Shown: positions 1-7,959, numbered from the stretch's first letter. The stretch: DNA of 62,754 bases from Candidatus Pacearchaeota archaeon (GCA_017609285.1 JAFCEE010000004.1:1-62754); one strand, 5' to 3'. Numbers and translations: made by a program. The notes: a model not told the origin generated them from the letters alone.

Positions 1-113
1 GTCTCAGAATATACAACTTTTCCTGTTTCTGGATCAGTTACTCGCATCCAATACCACATATCTGGATCGTGCCATCCGTCCTGATAATCTATACTTATTC
101 TTTTCATTCTCAT
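1..113 (-). CDS. hypothetical protein, N-terminal fragment (gene runs off window start)
   Basis: ATG at 113-111 on minus strand, open to nt 1: MRMKRISIDYQDGWHDPDMWYWMRVTDPETGKVVYSE...; too short for the ORF track; no family recognised. Confidence 0.3.
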   Translation of the reverse strand, partial: MRMKRISIDYQDGWHDPDMWYWMRVTDPETGKVVYSE

Positions 114-205
114 TTCCCCAGAAACAGCTGAGGTACTGATCACCTCTATTACGAGAGTTCTACTATGTTTATAAACTTTTCGTAAAAATCGCACTTATCT
201 ATTTT

Positions 206-466
206 CCCACCCTGAAAGAAAAATTAAAACTCACGAGGTCGCTTCTTGCTCCACTCGTGCCTTCCGCTTCGCTTCAGGTCAAGCAACAGCAGATTAAGCG
301 GAAAATTTCTCTCGCATTCGCTCGTGCTTTTCGTAAGCACCAAAATTTTACCCATATTTTTCCTTCGGAAAAACAACTCGGGGTCGTTTCACTCCGCCCG
401 AGCCCTACGGGTCGCTTAATCGCGATGTTTCAATTGTCGGACATTTATTATTAAGGGGCTGGCTCG
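206..466 (+). ncRNA. Unclassified GC-rich structured element, copy 1, 5' arm (candidate large ncRNA or structured DNA element)
   Basis: Visibly GC-richer than flanks. Identity blocks with copy 2: 206-238 vs 7960-7992 (32/33), 277-301 vs 8028-8052 (23/25), 376-429 vs 8079-8132 (52/54). Conserved helices 232-237/254-259 and 292-300/413-421, hairpin 356-372. Strand suggested by one U.G-compatible change. Confidence 0.45.
434..463. repeat. Left half of two-tier inverted repeat enclosing ORF 536-1267
   Basis: TTGTCGGAC (434-442) and AGGGGCTGGC (454-463) are perfect reverse complements of 1304-1312 and 1281-1290. Confidence 0.85.
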
Positions 467-535
467 CTAACGAAAGCTTCAATCAAATTTGCACACATCA
501 ATACATTTTTATACCATTTATTCATAACATATAGT

Positions 536-1267
536 ATGCAGAATAAAAATTATCTTTATATTGGAATAATCGCAGTTTTAGCTGTTGTAATTGTCTTCTT
601 AATTGTTGGCTCTAATCAACAACAGCAAAAAGTTCAAATGAAACCATCTACTTTAATATTTAAATTAAAAAGCGATTATTCTGGGAATTATCTTGGAGCC
701 ATCAATTACTATAGTGATACCAACACTTATCGCTCATTTTATACAATGGAATTATTTGATTATTGTTATATGGCCACAATTGAAAACTGGGTTTGCCTAT
801 TGGACGAAAACACAGGCGAAGAAGATTGTCATTGTAAAGGTAGCCCAGGTGTTGAAGATAAAAGATATTGTTTGGCATCAGAAGAAGAAATCTGTTTTAA
901 TATGGACTCTGATAAACAATTAAAAAATGGCGGTGTCAAAAAACTATCAAATAATTATTATGCTGTGATTTATCCTGCTTCAGAAGAAATGGTTAAGAGA
1001 TTTGCGGTTTTTGATAAATCAATAATCACCAAAGCTATAAGTGAAAGTGATAGGGTATCAATAGTTCCTGCAACATTTCCGAAAGGAATTAAGCCTGGAA
1101 TGGGAGATTCTATGGAAATGTCTCGGGAAGAGTTTTATAGCTATGTAATTGATGAGAATCCTTTGATTGAAGCATATTTCTGTGATGAACCAGAACAAAA
1201 TTTAAATGCTGTTGCAAGAGATTTATCCAATGGAGAAATCCCAATCACTTGCAAACAAATTATATAA
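536..1267 (+). CDS. hypothetical membrane-anchored Cys-rich protein (cargo of element copy 1)
   Basis: 243-aa ORF with N-terminal TM (YLYIGIIAVLAVVIVFLIVG). TATA-like TTTTATA at 507-513, about 23 nt before the ATG. No family recognised. Confidence 0.6.
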   Translation: MQNKNYLYIGIIAVLAVVIVFLIVGSNQQQQKVQMKPSTLIFKLKSDYSGNYLGAINYYSDTNTYRSFYTMELFDYCYMATIENWVCLLDENTGEEDCHCKGSPGVEDKRYCLASEEEICFNMDSDKQLKNGGVKKLSNNYYAVIYPASEEMVKRFAVFDKSIITKAISESDRVSIVPATFPKGIKPGMGDSMEMSREEFYSYVIDENPLIEAYFCDEPEQNLNAVARDLSNGEIPITCKQII

Positions 1268-1275
1268 TTCTAAAA

Positions 1276-1645
1276 CGCTCGCCAGCCCCTACTTTTAATT
1301 TTAGTCCGACAACTTTGATTTTTTGCCTTCGGCATCGTTGCACTAAAAATCAATCCCTCCAAGTATTCGGGAGAAACTAACAGGGCTTAAAGGGTTCCGT
1401 TCGGTTGCACCTCACTACACCCAAATTCAATTTCAGCTCTGAAAAAATTCTCAACTCTGTTTCACGAGGAGAATTTTTTCGAGGAAATTGAACTTCTTTA
1501 AGCCCGATGTTAGTTTCAATTTTTGAGAATGTGCATAAATTTTTTATAATGAAGTGCCCAAGAAATGAAATAAGATAGCGTCCCGCCATCTAAGGCTTCC
1601 CAGTAACTCTTCGGATTTTTTGCTTCGCAAAAAACTCTACGCAAG
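1276..1645 (+). ncRNA. Unclassified GC-rich structured element, copy 1, 3' arm
   Basis: 1336-1358 vs 8679-8701 (22/23: CGTTGCACTAAAAwTCAATCCCT). Shared CTTTG(G)ATTTTT + C/G-closed TTC hairpin. Nested helices 1383-1392/1496-1505 and 1441-1452/1469-1480. Confidence 0.4.
1281..1312. repeat. Right half of two-tier inverted repeat enclosing ORF 536-1267
   Basis: GCCAGCCCCT (1281-1290) and GTCCGACAA (1304-1312) pair with 454-463 and 434-442. Confidence 0.85.
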
Positions 1646-1726
1646 ATTATTTTAGCTATATATCCTCACCCAAAGCAAAAGATACTCCAAAAGTTTAATA
1701 AATACCAAGTTTCTTAAATTTAAAAG

Positions 1727-2314
1727 ATGGTGCTAGGAAACAAATTTATTGTAAAACAAGAAATAGAAGCATTAGAAATTTTTACTGGTTTTGAAACAGG
1801 CAATAGATATTCTATTCTTGACGAAAGAGGAAATAAATTTCTTTATGCCTATGAAGATGAAAGTAATTTCATAAGCAAACAATTCCTAGGACAACACAGG
1901 GGATTAAAATTACATATATTAGACAATAATAAAAATGAGATTTTCACTATCGAAAGACCTTTTTATTTTTTGAATTCTAAGGCAAAAATAAAATTAAGCG
2001 ATGGAAATTTATTTGGCTCAATCATCCAGAGAAAATGGTTGGCCACAAAACAATTTGATTTTATTCTTCCAGATGGAAGAATTTTATTCTCTTGTATTTC
2101 AAAAGTGCCACATATTTGGACATTTAAGGTTTTTATGAATAATCAAGAGATAGCCCAAATACTGAAAAAATGGAGTGGTTCCGGAAAAGAATTTTTTACA
2201 GATACAGATAATTTTATGATTGATGTGTCTAATATTCAAGATGATTCAACTAAATACGCTGTTTTAATAACTGCCTTTATTATAGACTTAAGGGTTTTTG
2301 AAAGGAGAAGTTAA
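1727..2314 (+). CDS. phospholipid scramblase (PLSCR)-family protein
   Basis: Full-length resemblance to eukaryotic PLSCR core as recalled: QEIEALEIFTGFETGNRY...ERPF...FTDTDNF...ITAFIIDLRVFE versus QQIELLEVLTGFETNNKY...ERPL...FTDADNF...GACFLIDFMFFE. Confidence 0.8.
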   Translation: MVLGNKFIVKQEIEALEIFTGFETGNRYSILDERGNKFLYAYEDESNFISKQFLGQHRGLKLHILDNNKNEIFTIERPFYFLNSKAKIKLSDGNLFGSIIQRKWLATKQFDFILPDGRILFSCISKVPHIWTFKVFMNNQEIAQILKKWSGSGKEFFTDTDNFMIDVSNIQDDSTKYAVLITAFIIDLRVFERRS

Positions 2315-2315
2315 A

Positions 2316-3044
2316 ATGGACATTATTGTTTTAGATAAGATTCTAAAAAGATTTAGAAAAAAAGATATTCTTGATTATTTGTCCTTGAATATAAGGGAAG
2401 GCGAAATTTTTGGGATTGTTGGACGAAGTGGTTGCGGTAAAACAACTTTATTAAAGGTTCTTATAGGGATGTTGAATTATGAATTAGGCAAAATTTACTT
2501 TGATGGACAGAAAATTCATATTTTCAATAAAGATTTTTTGAAAAATAATATTGGCTTTGCAAGTCAAGAAAATATGCTTTATGACGAATTAACTTTAATG
2601 GAGAATATTTTCTATTATGGAAAATTGTATAATCTTTCAGGGAAAATAATAAAGAAAAATGCTTCGTCATTACTAAAATTAGCAGATTTGGATGGTGCCA
2701 AAAATTCTCTAATTAAGACTTTTTCAGGAGGGATGAAAAAGAGAGCAAATATTCTCGTTTCTCTTATCCATAATCCAAAAGTTTTAATCCTAGATGAGCC
2801 AACTGTTGGGCTTGATCCGGTTCTTCGAGATTCAATATGGGATTATATTAATGAAGTTAATAAAACTGGAAAAACAATAATTGTAACATCGCATTTATTA
2901 GAAGAATTGCAAGACAATTGTTCAGGAATAGCATTTATGGATAAAGGCAAAATAGTTTCTGTTTATGACATCAAAGATAAAAAGAGATTTTCAAATAAAT
3001 CTCTTAATGATATTTTCAAGGAGTGGGTTTCAAAAAATGGTTAA
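2316..3044 (+). CDS. ABC transporter ATP-binding protein
   Basis: Walker A GRSGCGKTT, signature FSGGMKKR, Walker B LILDEP. ATG at 2316 lies 1 nt after the scramblase stop (the track start 2298 is a TTG). Confidence 0.9.
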   Translation: MDIIVLDKILKRFRKKDILDYLSLNIREGEIFGIVGRSGCGKTTLLKVLIGMLNYELGKIYFDGQKIHIFNKDFLKNNIGFASQENMLYDELTLMENIFYYGKLYNLSGKIIKKNASSLLKLADLDGAKNSLIKTFSGGMKKRANILVSLIHNPKVLILDEPTVGLDPVLRDSIWDYINEVNKTGKTIIVTSHLLEELQDNCSGIAFMDKGKIVSVYDIKDKKRFSNKSLNDIFKEWVSKNG

Positions 3045-4740
3045 ACTATTTTCAATAATATCTAAAAATGTAAAAGTTGTGTCTAGAAGTTGGATTTATG
3101 TTGCACTCTTGATAATATTGCCTACAATTTTTGTTTTGGCTACGAGTTTGTTATTAGATTCTGTAGATGTTAATAATGTTAAAATTGGAATTGTCAATAA
3201 CCCTGGTTCTTATGAAATAAGAGAATTAATACCTAATGCAAAATTCTCGGATTATGCCTCTTTTGAAGAATGTGAAAAAGACCTTAAGTCACATTCTATT
3301 CCTGTTTGTATTAATCCAACCCAAGATTTTAATGAGACAAAAATAGATATTTATTTCGATAATTCAAAACTTCTTATTTCTCAATATGCAAAACAATATG
3401 TTTCTAAAAAAGTTTTGCAAGAACAGCTTGTAGCTTTTGAATTAACATTGGATGAAGTTTTAACAAAAATGACTTCTCTTGCTGGTGATGTAGCTTTGGC
3501 AAAAACCGAATTAGAAAATGCTTATTCAGAGTTAGTTGCACAAGAAGAAAGAATCTTGTCTTATCAAGAAAATTTTACAGAAATTGAAGAAGATTTTCAA
3601 AGAGTTTATTCTGATGTTAAACACTATCAGCCATTAATTGAAGATAATATCGAAACTCTAAAGGAGGTTAAAAAATATTTGGGAGATAATTTAACTGAGT
3701 TTAATCAACAGAGTCAAAATCTTCGTAATCAGGTAGATTTAATTAAACCAATTTTACAAAGCACACTTTCCCAAGAAGATTATGAAGATATTTCTAATCG
3801 GATTGATGGGACGATTAACACAATGGGTATTTTGGAAAGAGATCTAAACGAACTTAATTCAAGGCTCTATTATGATGACCCCGATTTAATGCTTGCAGAT
3901 TTTAATAATGCAGTTTCAACTTTAGACCAAACTAAAACCCTTTTTGAAAATTTAGACAAGGAAATCGAACAAGGAATGGAAATTATACAAAAAAATAAGG
4001 ATAGGGCTCAAGAAATTTTAAATGAAATTGAATCAAATAAAGAAGAACTTGAAAAAATAAGAAGTAAGGTTAAATCTACATCAAATTACAAGATTGTTTT
4101 GAACGATGCCTTTAAAATTAATGAATCTGCCTCTTATTTATTTTTTCCTCTGCTTCTTGTTCTAATAATTGCATTTACTTCAATAATCTTATCTAATATG
4201 ATCATAGTAGAACAAACACACAAACAAAGTTATATTAGGGAAATTATAACTCCTACAAAAGATTTTACTTTTCTTCTAGGGGATTTTATTGTTGCTTTGT
4301 TCATTGTCCTCATACAAGTAATTATTCTTTTCTTTATAGGTGAATTTATGTTCGGTCTTCCAATATTCTCAAATATCCATTATCTTTTGCCAATAGCAAT
4401 TTTGATTTCTTCAATTTTTGTTTTGATTGGAATGTCAATAGGTTATATTGTTAGATCTAAAAATATATCAATTTTAGTTTCAACATTTACTTTATTATTT
4501 TTAATAATCTTTTCAGACTTATTAATTCCTAGGCAATTAACAGGAACATTTATTAGAATACTGACTAGTATAAATCCCTTTGTAATTGCTGACAAGCTCT
4601 TTTTTAATATGATGGTCTTTTCAGAAACAATTAAATTCACAACCCTATATATTGTTCTTTTATCAATATTTTTAATTTTTGTTTTTCTTTTTGCATATAT
4701 TTGTAAAAAAATAGGAAAGTACAAATTAATGAAAGAATGA
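3037..4740 (+). CDS. ABC-2 type permease with long coiled-coil extracytoplasmic insert (YhgE/Pip-like topology)
   Basis: In-frame ATG at 3037 overlaps the upstream stop (ATGGTTAA). One N-terminal TM, about 330 aa of coiled-coil, then a C-terminal multi-TM bundle. Confidence 0.7.
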   Translation: MVKLFSIISKNVKVVSRSWIYVALLIILPTIFVLATSLLLDSVDVNNVKIGIVNNPGSYEIRELIPNAKFSDYASFEECEKDLKSHSIPVCINPTQDFNETKIDIYFDNSKLLISQYAKQYVSKKVLQEQLVAFELTLDEVLTKMTSLAGDVALAKTELENAYSELVAQEERILSYQENFTEIEEDFQRVYSDVKHYQPLIEDNIETLKEVKKYLGDNLTEFNQQSQNLRNQVDLIKPILQSTLSQEDYEDISNRIDGTINTMGILERDLNELNSRLYYDDPDLMLADFNNAVSTLDQTKTLFENLDKEIEQGMEIIQKNKDRAQEILNEIESNKEELEKIRSKVKSTSNYKIVLNDAFKINESASYLFFPLLLVLIIAFTSIILSNMIIVEQTHKQSYIREIITPTKDFTFLLGDFIVALFIVLIQVIILFFIGEFMFGLPIFSNIHYLLPIAILISSIFVLIGMSIGYIVRSKNISILVSTFTLLFLIIFSDLLIPRQLTGTFIRILTSINPFVIADKLFFNMMVFSETIKFTTLYIVLLSIFLIFVFLFAYICKKIGKYKLMKE

Positions 4741-4776
4741 AAAGATTTAAAAAGATGTAAAAGATTATACAATAAA

Positions 4777-5106
4777 ATGGAATCAAAAACAGGTTCAATA
4801 CTTTTAATGATTAGTGGAATCTTAACACTTCTAGTTTCTTTGGGTCTTATTGTTCTTTCAATTCTTGTATTTGCAGGAGTTTTGGAAGGAGAAGGTAATG
4901 TTGCATTAGGCGGAGCATTTTTATTAGTTATTGGAATTGTTATTTTAATATTCTCTTTATTGAAATTTTGGGCTTCTGGATTAATGAAAGATCCAGTTAC
5001 GACTTCTAAAGGAGGGGTTGTTGCCCTAATAGTTGGAATTCTAAACGGTGGCGACTTGTTATCAATAATTGGAGGGGTGCTGGGAATTGTTCAGGGTGGA
5101 AAATAA
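4777..5106 (+). CDS. small Gly-rich multi-pass membrane protein
   Basis: 109-aa ORF, almost entirely hydrophobic/Gly segments, directly downstream of the ABC operon. Confidence 0.5.
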   Translation: MESKTGSILLMISGILTLLVSLGLIVLSILVFAGVLEGEGNVALGGAFLLVIGIVILIFSLLKFWASGLMKDPVTTSKGGVVALIVGILNGGDLLSIIGGVLGIVQGGK

Positions 5107-5118
5107 AAACAATAAAAA

Positions 5119-5823
5119 TTATTTTTTTATCCTTTCTATCTTTCCGTCTTTCAACAGAATAATTCTATCAAAATATTTTTCGAAGGCTTTTTCGTGATTT
5201 ATGACAAAGATTGTTATACCCTTTTCTTTATTCAATTTTTTTAGAGTTTCCATTATTTTTATTCCAGCTACAGAATCTAAATTTGCAGTTGGCTCATCTG
5301 CAAGGATCATTTCAGGTTCTTTAATCAATGCCCGCGCAATTGCAATTCTTTGTTGTTCCCCTCCAGATAATTCCGCAGGATAATGGTCTTTTCTTTCTAA
5401 TAGCCCCATTTCATTTAAGATTTTTTCCGCTTTTTTCTTTATTTCTGTTGTTATTCCTTTATCTACCATCAGGGGAAGATAAATATTTTCTATCGCGGTT
5501 AATTCAGGCAATAATTCATAGTGCTGAAAAACATAACCAATTCTCTTTAATCTAAAATTTGATTTATCATCTTCATTTAATTTTATAATATTTTGCCCAC
5601 AAAAATTTATAATTCCCGAAGTAGGATTATCTAATAAAGAGAGTTGATGAAATGTTGTAGATTTTCCACTCCCTGACGGTCCAGATAAAGCAATAAATTC
5701 TCCTTTTTTCACATCAAAAGAAATTCCTTTTACTGCTTCTGTTTTTGCCTTTCCTTCCCCATAAGTTCTTACTAAATTTTTAACAGATAAGATTATTTTT
5801 TTAGCCATGGAAAATTGAGTCAA
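5119..5823 (-). CDS. ABC transporter ATP-binding protein (MacB/LolD-type)
   Basis: GPSGSGKST, LSGGEQQR, ILADEPT. An alternative ATG at 5808 would reduce the overlap with the permease. Confidence 0.9.
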   Translation of the reverse strand: MTQFSMAKKIILSVKNLVRTYGEGKAKTEAVKGISFDVKKGEFIALSGPSGSGKSTTFHQLSLLDNPTSGIINFCGQNIIKLNEDDKSNFRLKRIGYVFQHYELLPELTAIENIYLPLMVDKGITTEIKKKAEKILNEMGLLERKDHYPAELSGGEQQRIAIARALIKEPEMILADEPTANLDSVAGIKIMETLKKLNKEKGITIFVINHEKAFEKYFDRIILLKDGKIERIKK

Positions 5824-7012
5824 TTATATTTTGTTTAGTTATTTTTTTAGATACAATGTATCCGGAGATTATTGATGCAAAAATAATCGCAGAACTGACA
5901 AAAATAAAAATATTTATTTTAACTTGAGGAACTAATTCTCCCACTTCTGTTTGTATTGGATTAAATCTAAAGTATTTTATCATTAACAAAGTCAAGAGAA
6001 TTCCCAATACAGAGCCGATAATTCCCAAAAAAAATGAAAGCATAACATAAGATAAAGCCACTATTTTTGATTTTATCCCAATCGCTTTAATAATCCCAAT
6101 TTGAGTTTTTTTGTTAAGAATATTTATGTATAAAATTACATAAATAGAAATTGATGAAATTAGAATTCCAATAAAAAAAGATATATTTCCAATTATTGTA
6201 AAAGAATCTACAACAGAAGAAAATTTTGAAGATTTTTCTTTCCAGTCAGAAATTTCCACATTTAGATTCATCTTTGATAATTCTTCGATAATTTCACTTG
6301 TACATTCTCTTTTAGGCAATAAAATTATTATTTGGTCTGCTTTTGTGGCATTATAATCAGAAAAAACCTCTTTAGCTGTTTCTTCGTTAATATAAGATGT
6401 TCTCTCAACTTCAGCATATCTATGGTCATAAATTCCTTTTAGGGTTAAGAAAGTTTCGGGGTATCCATTTGGAACAATACGGGCTTTTTCCCCAACATCT
6501 AATTTAATTGTATCAAATGCTTTTATTTCATTACAACTTTCAATATTTACACAACCCATTAAGATTTTATCATTTTCTCCTTTATAAACAAAATCTCCTT
6601 TTTCGATTATATTATCTACAATTGAAACTTCTGAAAATTCTTCGGGATTAATAACTAATATTTCTGTATCAATATAATTTTCATCTTCATCATAAATACG
6701 GGCAGATTTTTTAGTTATTTTTGCAATACCTAAAATATTGGACAAAACTTTTATTTTTTCAACAACATTATTAACATTCTCAATTTTATCTTGATTTTTG
6801 TAGGGTTCTAAGATCACATGCCCCATATTTGTTTCTATAAAATTTTCTTGCAAATCATAACTAACATCTTGCAAAACCCCATAAATTATAATTGAAGAAA
6901 TGAAACCTAAAGAAATAATTAAAATTGTAAATAACAAAGAATTTTTATTTTTGATAATGTTTTTTTTTGCAATAAAAAAAGCTGTGAGAATTTCATTTTT
7001 TTTCATTCTCAA
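5801..7012 (-). CDS. FtsX/MacB-like ABC transporter permease
   Basis: N-terminal TM, large extracytoplasmic domain, C-terminal 3-TM FtsX-type bundle. Overlaps both neighbouring genes. Confidence 0.8.
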   Translation of the reverse strand: MRMKKNEILTAFFIAKKNIIKNKNSLLFTILIISLGFISSIIIYGVLQDVSYDLQENFIETNMGHVILEPYKNQDKIENVNNVVEKIKVLSNILGIAKITKKSARIYDEDENYIDTEILVINPEEFSEVSIVDNIIEKGDFVYKGENDKILMGCVNIESCNEIKAFDTIKLDVGEKARIVPNGYPETFLTLKGIYDHRYAEVERTSYINEETAKEVFSDYNATKADQIIILLPKRECTSEIIEELSKMNLNVEISDWKEKSSKFSSVVDSFTIIGNISFFIGILISSISIYVILYINILNKKTQIGIIKAIGIKSKIVALSYVMLSFFLGIIGSVLGILLTLLMIKYFRFNPIQTEVGELVPQVKINIFIFVSSAIIFASIISGYIVSKKITKQNIIDSIFHG

Positions 7013-7839
7013 TTTTTCGGATTTAATTTTTTCCGATAAAGGAAATAACCTAAAACTCCAAATATTAAAATTATTCCCGCAATATAATAATGATTTGTTC
7101 CATTTGAAAATATTTGAATTTGTATTGGAAAATTTAATTCCTTATTTTCTCCAGCAAATTTATAATTAACTTTTATATTTCCTTCATAAATTCCTTTTTT
7201 GTTTCCCTCAAAAACAAATCTCGCAGGTATATTTTCGTCTGATTCTATTTTTCCAAGATATTTTTGTTTAACTCCTTTTAATTCTAACTTTTCTAATTCT
7301 ACTCTAACATCCTTGGCTTTTCCGTTTCCGGCGTTTTCTATATCTATTGTTAGAATAATTTTTTCACCCTCAGAAATAATTTCGGGATTTGTGTAAATCC
7401 TGGAAACTGCCAAATCTGGTTTTTGTGTGTTTATTGTAATTGAAAAATTATCTTCTTTTTCTATATGAAAATTTTTATTTCCGTAAGTAATCTTGGTTTC
7501 AAAAACATGTTCTCCAGGACTTGCGTCGGGAGAAGAATGCATATGGTAAAGAATAAATCTTTGGCTGTTTGCATAACCCATTTTCCCAATATGATTTATT
7601 AAAGGTTCTTTTATTTCTATATCTTCACTATGCCTCAAAATTTCAAAAGTTATATTTTCTGGAATCTTATCCCCACAATTATCTATAACAATTCCAACTG
7701 TAAAATCCTCATCAGCTTCTATTGAACTAGGATTTATAGAGGTTATTTCCGCTGTTACACAATAACCTCTTTGAAGTGCAGAAACAGAGCTTACTAAAAA
7801 TAAAATTACAAATATTAATATCATTCCTCTTTTTATCAT
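7009..7839 (-). CDS. secreted beta-rich protein with C-terminal TM anchor (CARDB / S-layer-domain-like partner of MacB-type ABC systems)
   Basis: Signal peptide, two Ig-like beta-rich segments, C-terminal TM. 4-nt overlap with the permease gene. Confidence 0.5.
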   Translation of the reverse strand: MIKRGMILIFVILFLVSSVSALQRGYCVTAEITSINPSSIEADEDFTVGIVIDNCGDKIPENITFEILRHSEDIEIKEPLINHIGKMGYANSQRFILYHMHSSPDASPGEHVFETKITYGNKNFHIEKEDNFSITINTQKPDLAVSRIYTNPEIISEGEKIILTIDIENAGNGKAKDVRVELEKLELKGVKQKYLGKIESDENIPARFVFEGNKKGIYEGNIKVNYKFAGENKELNFPIQIQIFSNGTNHYYIAGIILIFGVLGYFLYRKKLNPKN

Positions 7840-7959
7840 AATAAAATAATTGAATACAGGTTTTTAAATCTTATTGGAAATTTCTTTTTTAGAAAAAAGA
7901 AACAAAAAGCGAGCGGGCAATATCTCAAAATTAAATGGTCGTCGGAACCATCCTCCTCC

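Noticed and set aside
257-454. 65-aa + strand ORF inside element copy 1; likewise 1377-1589 (-) and 7836-8033 (-)
   Set aside because: They lie in the GC-rich hairpin-dense segments, are on different strands or frames in the two homologous copies, and are broken by indels between copies. They are most likely non-coding.
434-1312. Integron attC sites or transposon terminal inverted repeats
   Set aside because: attC sites are compact hairpins of about 60-140 bp lying between cassettes, not repeats flanking an ORF. Transposon TIRs would be conserved between copies, whereas here the repeats differ and the outside flanks are conserved. No integrase or transposase is present.
206-1645. Elements as RNase P RNA, SRP RNA, or a group I/II intron
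   Set aside because: I found no CR-I/CR-V RNase P motifs. There is no SRP helix-8 GNAR hairpin, although AGGTCAAGCAACAGCAG vaguely recalls it. There is no group II domain V or reverse transcriptase, no group I P7/R-S core or homing endonuclease, and no interrupted host gene. This is memory-based only and needs Rfam.
2965-3036. Upstream extension of the ABC-2 permease ORF; similarly TTG starts at 2298, 8860, 25500, 48630 and 50985
   Set aside because: The extensions overlap the preceding gene or lack a promoter context. An in-frame ATG with stop/start coupling or a TATA-like box about 22-30 nt upstream is more plausible.
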